Positions 27,596 to 40,850 of a DNA stretch of 64,000 bases are shown here, piece by piece. The position numbers were made by a program, and so were the translations under genes. The stretch is from Tubiluchus corallicola. Taxonomy: Eukaryota; Animalia; Priapulida. The DNA lies in the NCBI GenBank assembly GCA_030141605.1, contig JAQGDQ010002383.1, positions 186,001-250,000 of the forward strand. Direction: 5' to 3'. Numbering within the stretch: position 1 is the first letter of the stretch; each line of letters starts with the position of its first letter. The notes under the pieces are model-generated. The model ran no database searches, was not told where the DNA came from, and saw nothing but the letters and a program-made list of their open reading frames with translations.

Positions 27596-28949
27596 AAGTG
27601 TTTACTGAATATTTGCTGTGCAATTTAGTGAATAATTTATAGCATAACGAGTAGTATACCAGCAATTACAACGTCACTTAGCTTGGTTGGATCATTAATC
27701 TCCAATCTGCAACAACTATTATATGCGAGATTATGCCAAGTAAACAGCAATCATAGGGCTATAAATGAAGACTGTGTGAACATAATGGTAAAACCAACGC
27801 ACTCATCCAGAACATTTAGCTGAATTGCTTGACCAAAAGTTCCTTTGGTTTAAATTGAAGTACTAAAATACCGATAAGAAACGGCAAAAGGAAAAAATCC
27901 ATAGTAATTATTTAGGTAAGTTGACTGCTGCTGCATGTGCAAACGATAACGACAACAATAACAACAAGAGCAGCAATAACAACAACAGCAGCAACAACAA
28001 CATCAACAACCTTGAAGTCAACATTTAACACTATACGTAGATAACAATGATCATTCATCTTTACATTTGAATCTGACTTTCACTCAAATTACAGACTTGC
28101 AGTATAATTATTTTCCCATTGTGCTTCTGTGAGAATGACCTTTATTATGATTTTTAGTTCTACTACTGACAATTCTTTTAATCACTGCCATGCCTCAGGT
28201 GTCATGATTAAACGATGACTCGCTCGCTTTACCATACAATCAGGTCTGTCACAGAAACGTGATCTTTTACACAAGTGTGGTAATTTAAAATAATCAGTGC
28301 GTTCAGATGAAAGTATTAAACTTCAGGTGTAGGGTTGATGAAAGGAGAGTGAAACAAAGCGTTATAATATTGTGAACATCGTGTAGTAAATCGTACTGAA
28401 TGCAGCTGATATTCTAGCTGCCGTTGGTGTTAAAAATTTAAACAGCATAATTAAAAATGGTGGCTGAATAAGGTCATGGGGCGTTAGTGGCAATGATGGT
28501 GTTGTTGGCGTTGATGTTTGTGTTAGTTGCGGTGCCACATGGCAGTGCATATTGATTATGAGAGTGATGATGATGACGACGACGACGACAATGATGATAA
28601 CTTTAGGATGTTTCGGAACTTGCAGTGTGACTACAACCGACGAGTATTGACAACTGACTGCTTTATCGACGTTTGGTTAAGCGACGTATCGACTCTTCAG
28701 TTAGTTTTTTAAATTTTGCAAAATACGGTCGCGTCTCTGAATTCAAATGAGATCTGCATCAGAAGTGTCTGAGCTTCACAAAAATGATAATTTTATTTCT
28801 ATGATTGTCTACAGCACACCCACACACAGAGGAGCAAAAACTTTAATGGTTCCCAGTTTATTTCACTTACACGTGCCTAGAAGTATATACAGCTCAGTTG
28901 CTCATTGTCCCAATGGTTGACTATATTTTTAGCAGGAAACTGCAAACTG

Positions 28950-29189
28950 CAACAACAACAATAGCAACGGTAGTAACAACAAAAATAACAACAACAACGA
29001 TAAAACAACAATAACGACAACAGCCGCAGCCCTTGCTATGAAACTAGCGTTTTTTTATAATTTGACAATAGTGCAAGTGTCAACGGGCAGAATCTATTTA
29101 ATTTAGATGGTTGTGGCAAAAAGAGAGCCTGATTTATCACCAAGGTTACGCATCTAAGTTGAGGCACTAAATTGGCAGAGATATTTTAG
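28950..29189 (-). mobile_element. 5'-truncated inverted copy of the same SINE
   Basis: Reverse-complement match to 30219-30388, with an (AAC)-rich tail on the left. Confidence 0.6.
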
Positions 29190-29269
29190 ACATGTTCAAA
29201 TGTGAATGCGAATTTTCTTCAATCTTTTTACTTTACTGTTTTAAACATTTCAATAATTATTCTTGTCGT

Positions 29270-30026
29270 TAGGACCGGCTTTACCACCAGGCAAACTAGA
29301 CGGGTTGCCTAGGGCACCATTTTCTTAGAGGGGAGGGGCTCAAAATTCTGGAAGTGATTCCTTATTTTTAAGTTTAGTATAAGCAATAACATAGTGATTG
29401 ACACGTTACCAAGTTCTTGTCCACAGTTTATATTGTAGGCATAGGGCAGCAGCCAAAGTAACGACTCCTTTCCTTAACAGAAAAGTTCCTTGCATTAGCA
29501 TTTATCTAATCGTGGCAGATAGACTTGTAAGAGTCGAAGCTTTCAGTAGCATAATACACGAAACAAAAAGTAAAAGAAGCTGGTGGACAGTGAACAGCAA
29601 CAAAATCTTAAAAGAGAGTATTTACAACCAGACCAGAGTTATATGGTTGTGAAGATGATGATGCTAATGGAATGGACGTATGTGAAAAAGAGGAGTCAGA
29701 AGACTCAGTCACTGTTCTCTGATGATAAGGCTGAAGGAAAATCTAGCCATGAATATGAACATGAAGGCTGCGCGGCTGAAATTGTAGAAATATTGATTGC
29801 TCGTGAAGACCCAGGACGTACAATGATGTCAATTTCAAATGTAGTTGTAGAGTGGTAGTTAACTTCAGTTAATCAGTACACAATAATGTATAGGCCCAAC
29901 ACACAAGTACCATTAATACTTTAATATATACAACAAAAACACAATTTTGTAGTGGTTGTATGACGTATGTGTGGGGGATTAAAAATACTTTTGGCTAGGG
30001 CGTCAAATGACCTAGAACCCGCCCAA
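29270..30026. mobile_element. Old hAT-type MITE
   Basis: Degenerate CAGGGCCGG-like ends, subterminal GCCTAGGGC-type motifs, and an 8-bp TSD CTTGTCGT/CTTGTCAT. Confidence 0.65.
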
Positions 30027-30070
30027 CTTGTCATTAAAGCTGACACAAAATTAGCACTTTCAAGTGTGAT

Positions 30071-30385
30071 GTATAGCCGAGTGGTCACGGACGGAATGAG
30101 CTGTTAGTGACCAAAATTAAGAATGGTCAGTCGAAGCTGGTCAGTTAAGGATGGGTGATCACCTGGTTCAATACTTGCTCGGGATAGTTTTGCGATATTG
30201 GTTGTTTTCCTCTTGTGGCTAAAATATCTCTGCAAATTTTTTTAGTGTGTCAACTTAGATGCGTAGCCTTGATGATGAATCAGGCTCTGATCTTGCCACA
30301 ACCATCTAAATTAAATATATTCCACCTTTTGACACTTGCACTATTGTCAAATCATAAAAAACGCTAGTTTTATAGCAGGGGCTGC

Positions 30386-30416
<31 letters not shown>

Positions 30417-30640
30417 TCTGCTGCTACCGTTTTCGCTGTTGTTGCTGCTATTGTTGTCTTATTTTATCGTTGTTGTTGTTATTGTTTTTGTTGTTATATC
30501 GTTGCTGCTGTTGTTTCTGTCGCTATCGTTGTCGTTGTCGTCGTCGTTCTTGTTGTTGTCATTGTCGTTACCATTGTCGCTGTCGCTGTTGTTGTTCCTG
30601 TTATTTTTTGCAATTACTGCTGTTGTTGTTGCCGTTGCTG
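30071..30640 (+). mobile_element. Degenerate SINE with 5S-like (possibly tRNA/5S chimeric) head and (GCT)/(GTT)n tail
   Basis: TAGCCGAGTGG, then the 5S-like ACCAAAATTAAG..GCTGGTCAGT..GGATGGGTGATCACCTGG. The body 30219-30388 recurs inverted at 29021-29189. Confidence 0.55.
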
Positions 30641-31013
30641 TGATTTTCTGGAATTTGTGAGTAAATAAAAACCCGCCATTGCTTATGTGTAACTCCATTT
30701 TATACCAAACGTGCTCAGGTGTCACAGTTCTCTCATGTTCTCAATATTCCCATAGCGCACCTGCTAGTGTTTGTGTTGGACCATAAATCAAACTAATTAG
30801 CGCGATCGCAAATTATTAGCTAGCTACATTGCTTCTATGATGTGCTTAATTAGCTCCTATAGCTCATCTGTTGTATCTACAAATGCAAGATTGCATTATA
30901 ACTGATTATAGATAACAGCGTAGATGGATTTACAATCTGGAACAAAATGTACGTCATAAGCGAAAAGCTACATGGGAGCAAGAAAAGAAGAAAACATCAA
31001 GAGAAAAACTGCT

Positions 31014-31360
31014 TATTTATTTATTTATTCTATTTTAATCACACCCAATAGTAAAATAGAGTCTACAATAAAAACAATATAATATAAAACACGTTGGCAA
31101 AGAACATACAAATAAAATATTTACAAGAGTGTGGTAAAGACACAAAGATATTAACTGCTTACATGTGTCCGTTGTGTACAAGGAATTTATGCAAGTTAAC
31201 TTTATATAGGCGGTTTTTAAATAACTTAATATTTTATGCAGTTACGTGGGGTACACCATCAACATATGCAGGCAGTGAGTTCCAAATCGGTACAACACGA
31301 TTTGAGAAAAATTGACCAAATGATACTTTAGCTCTTCGACGCACGAAAAGCTTGTTTACT
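31014..31360 (-). mobile_element. CR1-type LINE 3' fragment
   Basis: Encodes FFSNRVVPIWNSLP (CR1 ORF2 C-terminal motif) and has a (TAAA)n tail. Confidence 0.75.
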
Positions 31361-31519
31361 GTTAGGATAGTTGCTACAATTAAGTTTAAGTTTATTACAC
31401 ACCAAATGAGAAGTAAACAATATACATTAAGATACATACATATACATACAAACATATACATCATATAAAAACATGCTATACACATTAAATTACGTACATA
31501 CACAAAAAGCAGCATGATA

Positions 31520-31900
31520 ATGAGGGGCGGTGTGGGGGAGACACGAAAAGCAAATGCTTCTTACATGTGCCTGTTAAATACTAAGAAAGCATTTAGATCG
31601 ACATAATTTAGTCGCCGTATAAAAAAAGTTTGCATTGCGAGCTTTTGCTAATGGTGCATCATTTACAATTTCTGGTAAACTACTCCAAATCGAAAAAAAT
31701 GACCAAATATTTTTAGCAGATCGCTTGACATACATTTTAAGTGAGTTGGTACTTCTTGTCCGACTAGATGTAGCAAATGAGAAAAATTTATCTCTGTCTA
31801 TATCTACGTCTTTATGTATGATTTGATAACACAGTATAAATCTTTATCTAACCGTCTTTCCTCTAATGATCTAAGAGTTAGAAAGTTCAATCGTAACGGA
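31520..31900 (-). mobile_element. Second degenerate CR1-type LINE 3' fragment
   Basis: Minus-strand fragments read LRSLEERRLDKDL / IHKDVDIDRDKFFSF...RTRS / FFSIWSSLPEIV. Confidence 0.65.
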
Positions 31901-32784
31901 TTTGACAAATAAGTAATGTTACCTGCCAGTTTGAATAGTTGGATTCACAGCGTCGATCACCGCAACATATTCTTGGGTTGATACGAAACGCGTAACGATA
32001 TAAAAATCGCATTACGTGACTCAGTGACTCAGTGATACATTAATTAACAACATAGGTAAAACAGTAATAATAACTATTTATGTAACTATGATGTGAAGTT
32101 GAAATTGTGATTAAAGTGAAAGTTGTCGTGTTTTCAAACTTTCATTTCTTTCCCTTATAACTCTTTTACTTGAATTGAAACTTCATTTAACTTTTTATTG
32201 GTAATCTTCTTATTGATTATAGCTATAAAATTTTACTGTTTACTTTTTACTCGTGTAGTTATTTCTTGTGCCTAATAAATAAATAATAAATAATAAAAAC
32301 GGTACTGTGTACTGTGTCAGCGTTGACTTCTCTTGCAGCAGCTTTATCTTCAAAGTTATACCCCCCCCCCCCAACCGAAAATATTACAGAGCTGAGCGTA
32401 TACTGTAACGGACCAAGAAATACACAGCAGTCAACATGTCATTTGAACCAATAGCCGTTATGGTTGGCTGTTAGGAACTGCTTACAGCACTTCAATTTGC
32501 CGTGTATCATTTCACATTTGCAACTTAAACTCTGTGAAATAAGCAGTAATTGGAATAATGATATTTTACCCTTAGTGGTAATAACAGTAATGTGCTTGCC
32601 CTTGAGGGACATTGTGCTTTTATAAGTAGCAGCTAAAATGTTACAACACAAATGGACCGCCGAGTGGCATTAGCAGGCAGAAGATGGCAATCGCGTTGAA
32701 GGAAGACAATGAAGACGAAGAGGTTTAACTTCATCTGCGTCCAGAAGCATTAATCGTAATATCATGAAAGATATACGAAGCTGT

Positions 32785-33905
32785 CTAGCTACCTACATAG
32801 CCACCCACCTAACTTCCTGCCTACCCACAGTCTGCCAACCTGCCTACCTACCTATAGGCACATCCTACTTACCTACCAACCCTCTGCCTTCTTACCCACC
32901 TACCTACCTTCCTACCGACTTACCTACCGACCGACTGACCTACCTACCTATACCTAAATGCCTACCTACCTGCCTACTTAGCTGCCTACCTAGATACCTG
33001 CTTTGCCTACCTATATGTACATCCTACTTACCTACCTACGCCCTGCCTTCTTACCTACTTACCTGCCTGCCTACCTACCTATCTACCAACCAACCTACCT
33101 TCCTACCCACCTACCTACCTACCTAACTAACAACCTATTGTTCGTATGCCTGCCTGCCTGCCTGCCTATTCCCTGTTTGTACTATTCCCCTATATACCTG
33201 ACCAGCTACTTACCTACGTATTTACCTACCTGCTTACCTTCTTACATACTACTTAGTACCCACTTACCTACCTGCCTACTTAGCTGCCTACCTAGATACC
33301 TGCTTTGCCTACCTATATGTACATCCTACTTACCTACCTACGCCCTGCCTTCTTACCTACTTACCTGCCTGCCTACCTACCTATCTACCAACCAACCTAC
33401 CTTCCTACCCACCTACCTACCTACCTAACTAACAACCTATTGTTCGTATGCCTGCCTGCCTGCCTGCCTATTCCCTGTTTGTACTATTCCCCTATATACC
33501 TGACCAGCTACTTACCTACGTATTTACCTACCTGCTTACCTTCTTACATACTACTTAGTACCCACTTACCTACCTGCCTACTTAGCTGCCTACCTAGATA
33601 CCTGCTTTGCCTACCTATATGTACATCCTACTTACCTACCTACGCCCTGCCTTCTTACCTACTTACCTGCCTGCCTACCTACCTATCTACCAACCAACCT
33701 ACCTTCCTACCCACCTACCTACCTACCTGCCTACCTAACTAACAACCTATTGTTCGTATGCCTGCCTGCCTGCCTATTCCCTGTTTGTTACTATTCCCCT
33801 ATATACCTGACCAGCTGCTTACCTACGTATTTACCTACCTGCTTACCTTCTTACATACTACTTAGTACCCACTTACCTACCTGCCTAGTGCCTACGTACT
33901 TACCC
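32785..33905. repeat. (CCTA)n-derived array with 3 x 302-bp higher-order repeat
   Basis: CTTAGCTGCC recurs at 32977, 33279 and 33581; near-identical ORFs in the track are offset by 302 bp. Confidence 0.93.
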
Positions 33906-36008
33906 AATAGTGAGGCACATGCTTACTTAACACTAGGGCAGCACAGATCTAAAATTCTTTTGGAGTAAGTCTTACGAAACTGGCTCCACTATAACTTCCT
34001 ACCTACCTAGGCAATTACTACTGCCCTGCTTTTCTGTGGTTCCTGCACCTAACGGTTGTCTATAGTTTGGTAAACAATGTGGAAAAGGCATCAACGCATC
34101 ACTAAATCAGTATAGCGATAGATGATTATACGGTCGCGTATGTCAGTCCCTATTCCCCATACCATTCTAAATCTTTTATTACTCGAGATTATACAATCCC
34201 CAGTTGATAGGATGCGTGTCATACCCAATTTGCTGTGATTAAACTATTCAAGCGACAGATAAGATCGAACAAGAGGCTTACTTCCACAGAAGCGCGCAAG
34301 AATAAGTGACAATTCTCACATGAATTCGTGAACAAGGCACAGAGTCTATTGGCGTATAATGGTTTTTACATATCAGAAGGTTATTTGTCAAGATGGGTTA
34401 CCATCCTCATAAGACATGGCGCCTTTAATCATATTTCCCTTTTAGTAATTGCAATCTTAAAGCAATCAAGCACTTCCTGGATGTGCTTCTGAGTTTTCAA
34501 ATCTTTTTGAACAATTCTGGCGTGCCCTACGTGTCCAGAAATACTAAACGTTATTTTACATCTACAATACTTGGCTGAAACAAATAGTGAAGAAAAATGT
34601 TGGATTTTTTATTTTCGTTTGCCCGTGCAAGCCGACCAGCATTCAGAATAAAGGCAGCAAACACGATTTGGTAAAAATTACATTCTGTAGTAAACCGGAA
34701 CTGTTACTGTTCACAGAGGAATGCTGACCTAGCATTGATCACTAAGTAAATTTATTCTCTATAGTCTTGGGGCTACTACTTAATCCCTGAAGAAGCTTGG
34801 GTAGCTTTATCCAAATAAGGAAAGATTTCTAAAACGGCAGAATTGTCAGATGTTCAAATGCTTAGCAGGTACTAACCAGAACGAGTGCTGCTTCACTTTG
34901 AAAAACTTTGAGGTTATGACGCCAATCTGACTCATCGTGGTACATGTATGTAAATAATGTACTTTCTCAGTATAGTATAGTCTTGGCCTAGTACATGCTT
35001 CATACTTAAATAATCCATACTAGACCAGTGTACCGTGTAGACCACGTGGTGTACTGCTTGGTTTTTTTTATCTGCCTTAAGCCGTACCACATATATATAT
35101 ACATTGTAATGTACAATGACTCCTGCTTTTAATCGAGAACAGAGAAAGGAAAGAGTGAATGAGCGAGAGAAGGAAAAAGAAATCAGAGATAGACAAAAGA
35201 AATTTAAAATTCAAAATTTTTAAGAAAAATAAACGTGACTAATTTATTTCTACTGGGAGTCCAGTTGTTCAGAGGCTAAAATTGGACATTGTCCAAAAAT
35301 CAGATGGATTTTGGTCAAAATATGCGTGAGGAAGGCGTGATTCCGCGCATATTTTGTATCATTTTTCGAAAAATGGGTTATTTGTACATGGATGGGAACC
35401 TAATACGTTGGTAAACATCAGACGATGATACATTTAATGTACGATCTATAATGTAGTCAGGTACAGGCATGCCACATTGCGTGTACATTATAAATGCACT
35501 TTACCTATATGTTGGTATTAGCAAATTACGAGTAGCGCATTGCGTTAGTGAACCGCCTCCGTTCTATAACTGCGCCGAGGCTTTTGTTTGCTAAACAATT
35601 TTTCCCCAGGAAAATCAAAAAGTTCGTGTAATCTTTTGTCGTGAGATTATTCATACATTCACGCACCTGCATAGTGTATTTGTTTTGAAATAACGCCAGT
35701 CTAGCAGGTTCGTTGTGAAAGAAAATAGCAGCAAAGTTTATTAAATTTTCAGAGGAATTTACGTTATTAGAGTGAAGCCTTTGTACCTTTTAGCTGATAA
35801 TGTTGTCAATATATAGTATTACAAAAAACTTAATCGAGCGCGCAATTCTGATAAGGTTAATTTTCGTGCCAGGACAAGCTACCTCATACTATGCTCCTAA
35901 AAATAAAATAATATATTCGTTTAATATATTAAGATTAGTTCCAAAGCTTCACAACAGGACTGAGGCATCCAAGGCGTAGCAACAAGAACTTATTTATATA
36001 AGGAAGCC

Positions 36009-36011
<3 letters not shown>

Positions 36012-36051
<40 letters not shown>

Positions 36052-36127
36052 TCTTTCTTTCTCTCTCTTTCTCCCCTCTCTCTTTCTCTCTCTCTCTCTT
36101 CATCACTCTCTCTCCCCTCTCTCTCCC

Positions 36128-36178
<51 letters not shown>

Positions 36179-36246
36179 ACTCTCTTTCTCTCTTTCTCTT
36201 ACTCCCTCCTGTCTCTCTCTCTTTCTCTCTGTCTCTCTCTCTCTTT

Positions 36247-36322
<76 letters not shown>

Positions 36323-36380
36323 TCTCTCTCTCTGTCTCCTTCTCTCTCTCCCCATTCTCTCCCTTTTATTTTCTCTCTTC
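36012..36380. repeat. (TC)n pyrimidine tract
   Basis: Directly visible. Confidence 0.95.
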
Positions 36381-38214
36381 ATCACGGAATAGTAAGCAGT
36401 ATCAATAATGTGCACACGTTCCACACAGTGTTCGTTACATATGACAAACACATTTTTTAAAATTTATCCTGCAGACCTGCATACTTTACAGTTTAGTACT
36501 TTATGTAGTTGGTCATATTTACTGCCACTGATATTTATGACGAAGCAAAAAACCTTCATAAATCATAAACAATAATATCAAGTAATCAGGCCTCATATTA
36601 TTTGAAAGGTTTCATCTATTTTATACAATCTGCATGCGAGCCAAAACTGTTTAAATAATAGTTTACATCAGTTCCATAATATTATTAATTTCACATATAA
36701 CTGAAGGGTTTCACATTAAACTGCATGAAACACAATCATGTGGTGAATTGTTATTAGAGAAGAGTAATTTCAGGATAAACTTTACCTAAACTGACCTGGC
36801 TCGGTGGTGGTATGCGATCGTGCCATTATTATTCGCTGGTATCAAATTACGAAGCGTCAATAAAATACAAAATTAGAAATTTTCTGCATCGTCGAAAATG
36901 GCTGCTAAACTCGCTGAATAGCTAGAGAATAATTTGACATATATCAGTAAAATCGAGGTGAATCCGTTGAGAAAAAACCGTAAAATATGAAAAAATAACC
37001 AAATATTTCGCTCCTACCCAATGAATAGTTTCACAAAATAAAAAATGTTCGTCCTGCTGTAGAAAGTTTGTAATAAATACACAATTAACTAGATACACTA
37101 TAGATTTAATAACCACTTATTTCGAAAGGTCTTAATTGTTCTGACTATTTAAATTACAGGCCAAAAAATAAAATAAAACAATGCATAGCTTCGTAATTTA
37201 CGATACGTCGTGGTACAACGTACATAAACTACATAAACTAATTCACGTCGTTATCTAATTATATTGAACCATTAATATTGCTTTCTCTTACTTATATGTT
37301 TTTCAAGCTAAAGAAATAGCTTTTTGGTGCGTTATAAATCAAAAACTGTTTTAAGTTGTTTTGTGTCAACTTCATCTCAAAAACAGCAAAACTTCTGAAC
37401 TAAATAAAACAGTAAACACTCTATAAGCACTAGGAAAATAAACTGTTACAAGCGTTTTGCAAAAATAAACTGTTACAAGCGTTTTGCAAAGACGGTGTTT
37501 TCTACACGTAATTTTGCCCACAGATATTTTATCTGCAAAAAGCAACGAAACATAAGCTTATCATTGGTACTTGGCATTCTAATTAAGTAATATTTTTTAT
37601 TTAAATAGGACAGCATTAGTTTCCAAACTGCACAACAATATTGAAGCGATCTTCGCAAGAGTTTACTTAACTGACATCGTACTTGGTGCATTGACTTTAA
37701 GTCTAACTCCTGTGTACGACATATATAAAAATATATTTTATGTTTCTTATCAATGTGCCGCCTCTCCATATATTTATCCGGATGTTGTTACGTTTTTACT
37801 TTAGATAGAAAGTGATCTTGAACTACGCCGTTAGTTCCATTTTCCAAAATCAAAGGTAAAAAAGGTTTCACAGGCCCAACTGTTGGTTTTCTAGCTTCGC
37901 AGTATAGCAGACATAACATATTTTAAAACAGAATGATCAGTTAAGGTGTATATGTACAGAGGGTGATCTGGTTACACTGTAAGAGCTGAGCAAATTTACG
38001 GATGCGTGAAAATAAACAATAGATTTAATATGATAGCATTGTGAACAGAGATGGACAGCTCGTGGAACGAGGGTCATTTGTTTTTCCACTCGTTGTTGGT
38101 TTTGTCATTAAATGCTGGTTAAATTCACAAGTGAGAACTTTAATTACCGTCACAGGGCTTTCTCGGGTTTATTTAAAGTTCACTGATTGTCTTCGTGTTA
38201 ACTGTTGTTAAATG

Positions 38215-38694
38215 CAGGGCCTATTTCAGCCTAAGCGAGGCCCCCTGGGGGGGGGGGGGGCGTTGGACGGGCGCCACCATGGTTGGCGCCCAGAAAATTT
38301 TTGAACTGCTAGAACGCCGGAGAAGTATTTTCGAAGAGAAAATATGAAGTTATACAGTTGTTAAAGGAAAGAACAATTGAAAGAAAAACTGCTTTATTCT
38401 CAAGACCAGTCCTTAATACTTGTCAAATAGTCAAATAAAAAACAACATCTTTGCAATATGTGATACCGTACTCTCTCACTTCCGTACAAGCCGGTGTTAG
38501 AAATTCCGAAATTGAAAACAGCTGAACATCGCACCGAGCCGCTCAAGGCAAACGGCGCGCGTGCGGCAAGAGAGAGGGAGAGAGGAGACAGTATGTTCGC
38601 AAAAAGCAAAAAAAATGTTACTTCGGCGCGAGGCCCCCCTGGAAGGAGAGGCCCCAGGGAAGTAACCCACTCCCCCCCCCTGAAATAGGCCCTG
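38215..38694. mobile_element. Young hAT-type MITE
   Basis: Perfect 15-bp TIR CAGGGCCTATTTCAG / CTGAAATAGGCCCTG and perfect 8-bp TSD GTTAAATG (38207-38214, 38695-38702). Confidence 0.92.
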
Positions 38695-39108
38695 GTTAAA
38701 TGTATGTAATTAAAATATAACTGGTTAGTTAATTATGTCTGCCTTCATGTTTTTTTGTTAAGTAGCAGTTCAGTAACTCTCGTGGTGATATTGAGAAAAA
38801 TGATTTACGTGGTGCGTGCTGCTAAAATATTGCATGTACACAGCACAGGTACAATACATTCTTAGACATTTTGGTTACTCTGCAGAAAAGAGTGACCAGA
38901 GCTATAAATAAATACCCCAATAAGTCTTCTCTTAATGTACAAAGTAGTTCAATTCCTTCAACTTTACTTTCAAACACTTAACTATCTGTTACTGTATCAA
39001 TTTCTTTTCTTCAGGTCTGCTTAATCATTACCTATTTGGCTTTTGTTAACTACTTAATTAGTGCATAATAGACTCTGCCTATATGAACTGGTTGCATGTT
39101 TGTAAAAT

Positions 39109-39151
39109 TACCACTGGTGATGACAGCAGCAGCTTGTCGAAACGTTTGGTA
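39109..39151 (+). ncRNA. Degenerate minimal type-I hammerhead ribozyme motif (Penelope-like terminal repeat)
   Basis: TACCA-CTGGTGA-T-GACAGC(AGCA)GCTTGTC-GAAACGTT-TGGTA. Stem I, stem II, GAAA and a palindromic AACGTT stem III are present; the core reads CUGGUGA instead of CUGAUGA. Confidence 0.6.
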
Positions 39152-40221
39152 TGATTTTAGCAATTTAAAGTAAAAGTTTTAATACCGTTGTATTGCTTTT
39201 AAAGTTCTATAAATGTTTTTAAGTGTCTGTAATAAAAATTAACTTCGTTATTTTGTAGATTTACTTGCCTTCCTCGTCACAGTAGGGAATATGTGTTTTT
39301 TTACTGTTACATAAGAGGAAGTGATTAAGAAAAGGCATAGGTTCGAGAAGTGATCTTTTCCCTAACTAACACTGTTTAAATGTAACAAAGAATGTATGCC
39401 TAGCGATTATATAAAGCATTACTTGTAACACAAATTGCAAATAAAAATGTAAATTACTTTTGTGTAGGCTAAACGTCTTTTAGAAATGTGTACATAAAAC
39501 TAATTCCTAAGCTTCACGTCGCAAAAAGGATGGCTAAAATTTTACTATGAATATATTCATCAACTCAGCAAGCCAAACAAAGGTGTAAGCTATATAATGT
39601 TCTACAGATTCGCTCGCTATTTGCCTTACGATATATCCTTTGCATAGGGAAGAGTACGCTTACAACAGAATTATGTGTTAGAAATTAGAATGTTAATATA
39701 TATTTATTTTACAGTGCAACTTATTATAATGGATACTCCCACGAATCACGGTGAGCAACGTCAACGATGCCCAGACTTTCAAATACGAGTTCTGTCCAAT
39801 TCAAATCATGTAATGTTGCTGATTACGAGAATTTCGCACATTATCGCCTTGCATCATCCAAAATAGTCGAAACCCTAACATTCCACGCCAATGAGTCACG
39901 CGAAACTTGATTTACTGCACTGTCTGCTACCTTTTCTTTTACCCCTGTAAATTGATTTATTACTGGCGCCCATACAGAACCCGTTATCAGTTCAAAATTT
40001 GTGTCAGACTTCCACTGTCATCTACCCAGTGGACAATAAGAAGCCTGTAGCTATTTGCATTATAATGGTGAGCTGGCATCATTGCGTACGGTCACATGCA
40101 AATCTTGTTCCAGGAATTTCTGGTCGAAAGACTTGACCCGAATACTCATCTGGATGTTATTTTTGTTGTCCTTGTTGGAATTGGATAAGAGGCTGTGTAA
40201 CCAACATTTACAATAGTAATT

Positions 40222-40850
40222 ATAATAACAATAATTTCGTTTAGGACATAAGCCAGGTAATCCACCGTAGGTAATTCAATACTTATTTCCGTGGTGGTTC
40301 CAGTTATTACCCGCATGCGGAGCTGGATTATGGCTTTTTGGGGCCCCTACGTTAATGAAATTATGGGGCACCCTCAGACGAAGCCACCCCTACCTCGCCG
40401 CATCCGTCTTGAATATTTTTTTACTTGTGATATAGTTTAGCGACATTTAAGTAGGTTGAAATAAACTTATTGCAAATTCTTTAAATAAACCAGAATAGCA
40501 TGTCTTTTGTTTGTCAATAAAAATATTCTTTAAAAGAAATATCCCTATTTTAGTATTTATTGCCAACCAAATTAGCATATATTCCAACATAACCGTAGTG
40601 AAAAACACAAATGTCAACCAAAGTTTGAAAGCTCCCCCCCCCCCAAGCATGAGCAGTTCTAGGCTGCAACCTACGCTGGCCTGTTGGATAATCCAGTCCT
40701 GCCCGCATGTTACTTCGATAATCATAAACACGTACGCTTATCAAAGAAGAACCATCGGTACCATTTTTAAATCTTTGGAATTTTTAAATCTGGACAGTTG
40801 GCCCGCAATCTCCACGGTAGTAAGCGAGCACGTTACCACTGAGCTATTCC
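40222..40850 (-). mobile_element. Second copy of the tRNA/Meta SINE, interrupted by a hAT MITE
   Basis: Shares TAATTTCGTTTAGGACATA, GAAGAACCA.CGGTACCATTTT and AAGCGAGCACG.TACCA.TGAGCTA with 42823-43060. Confidence 0.8.
40318..40701. mobile_element. hAT-type MITE inserted into a tRNA-SINE
   Basis: TIRs CGGAGCTGGATTAT / ATAATCCAGTCCTG and perfect 8-bp TSD CCCGCATG (40310-40317, 40702-40709). Confidence 0.85.

Noticed and set aside
28660-28705. Minus-strand hammerhead-like motif CTGAAGA...CAAACGTC
   Set aside because: GAAA is mutated, stem II is poor and there is no stem I.
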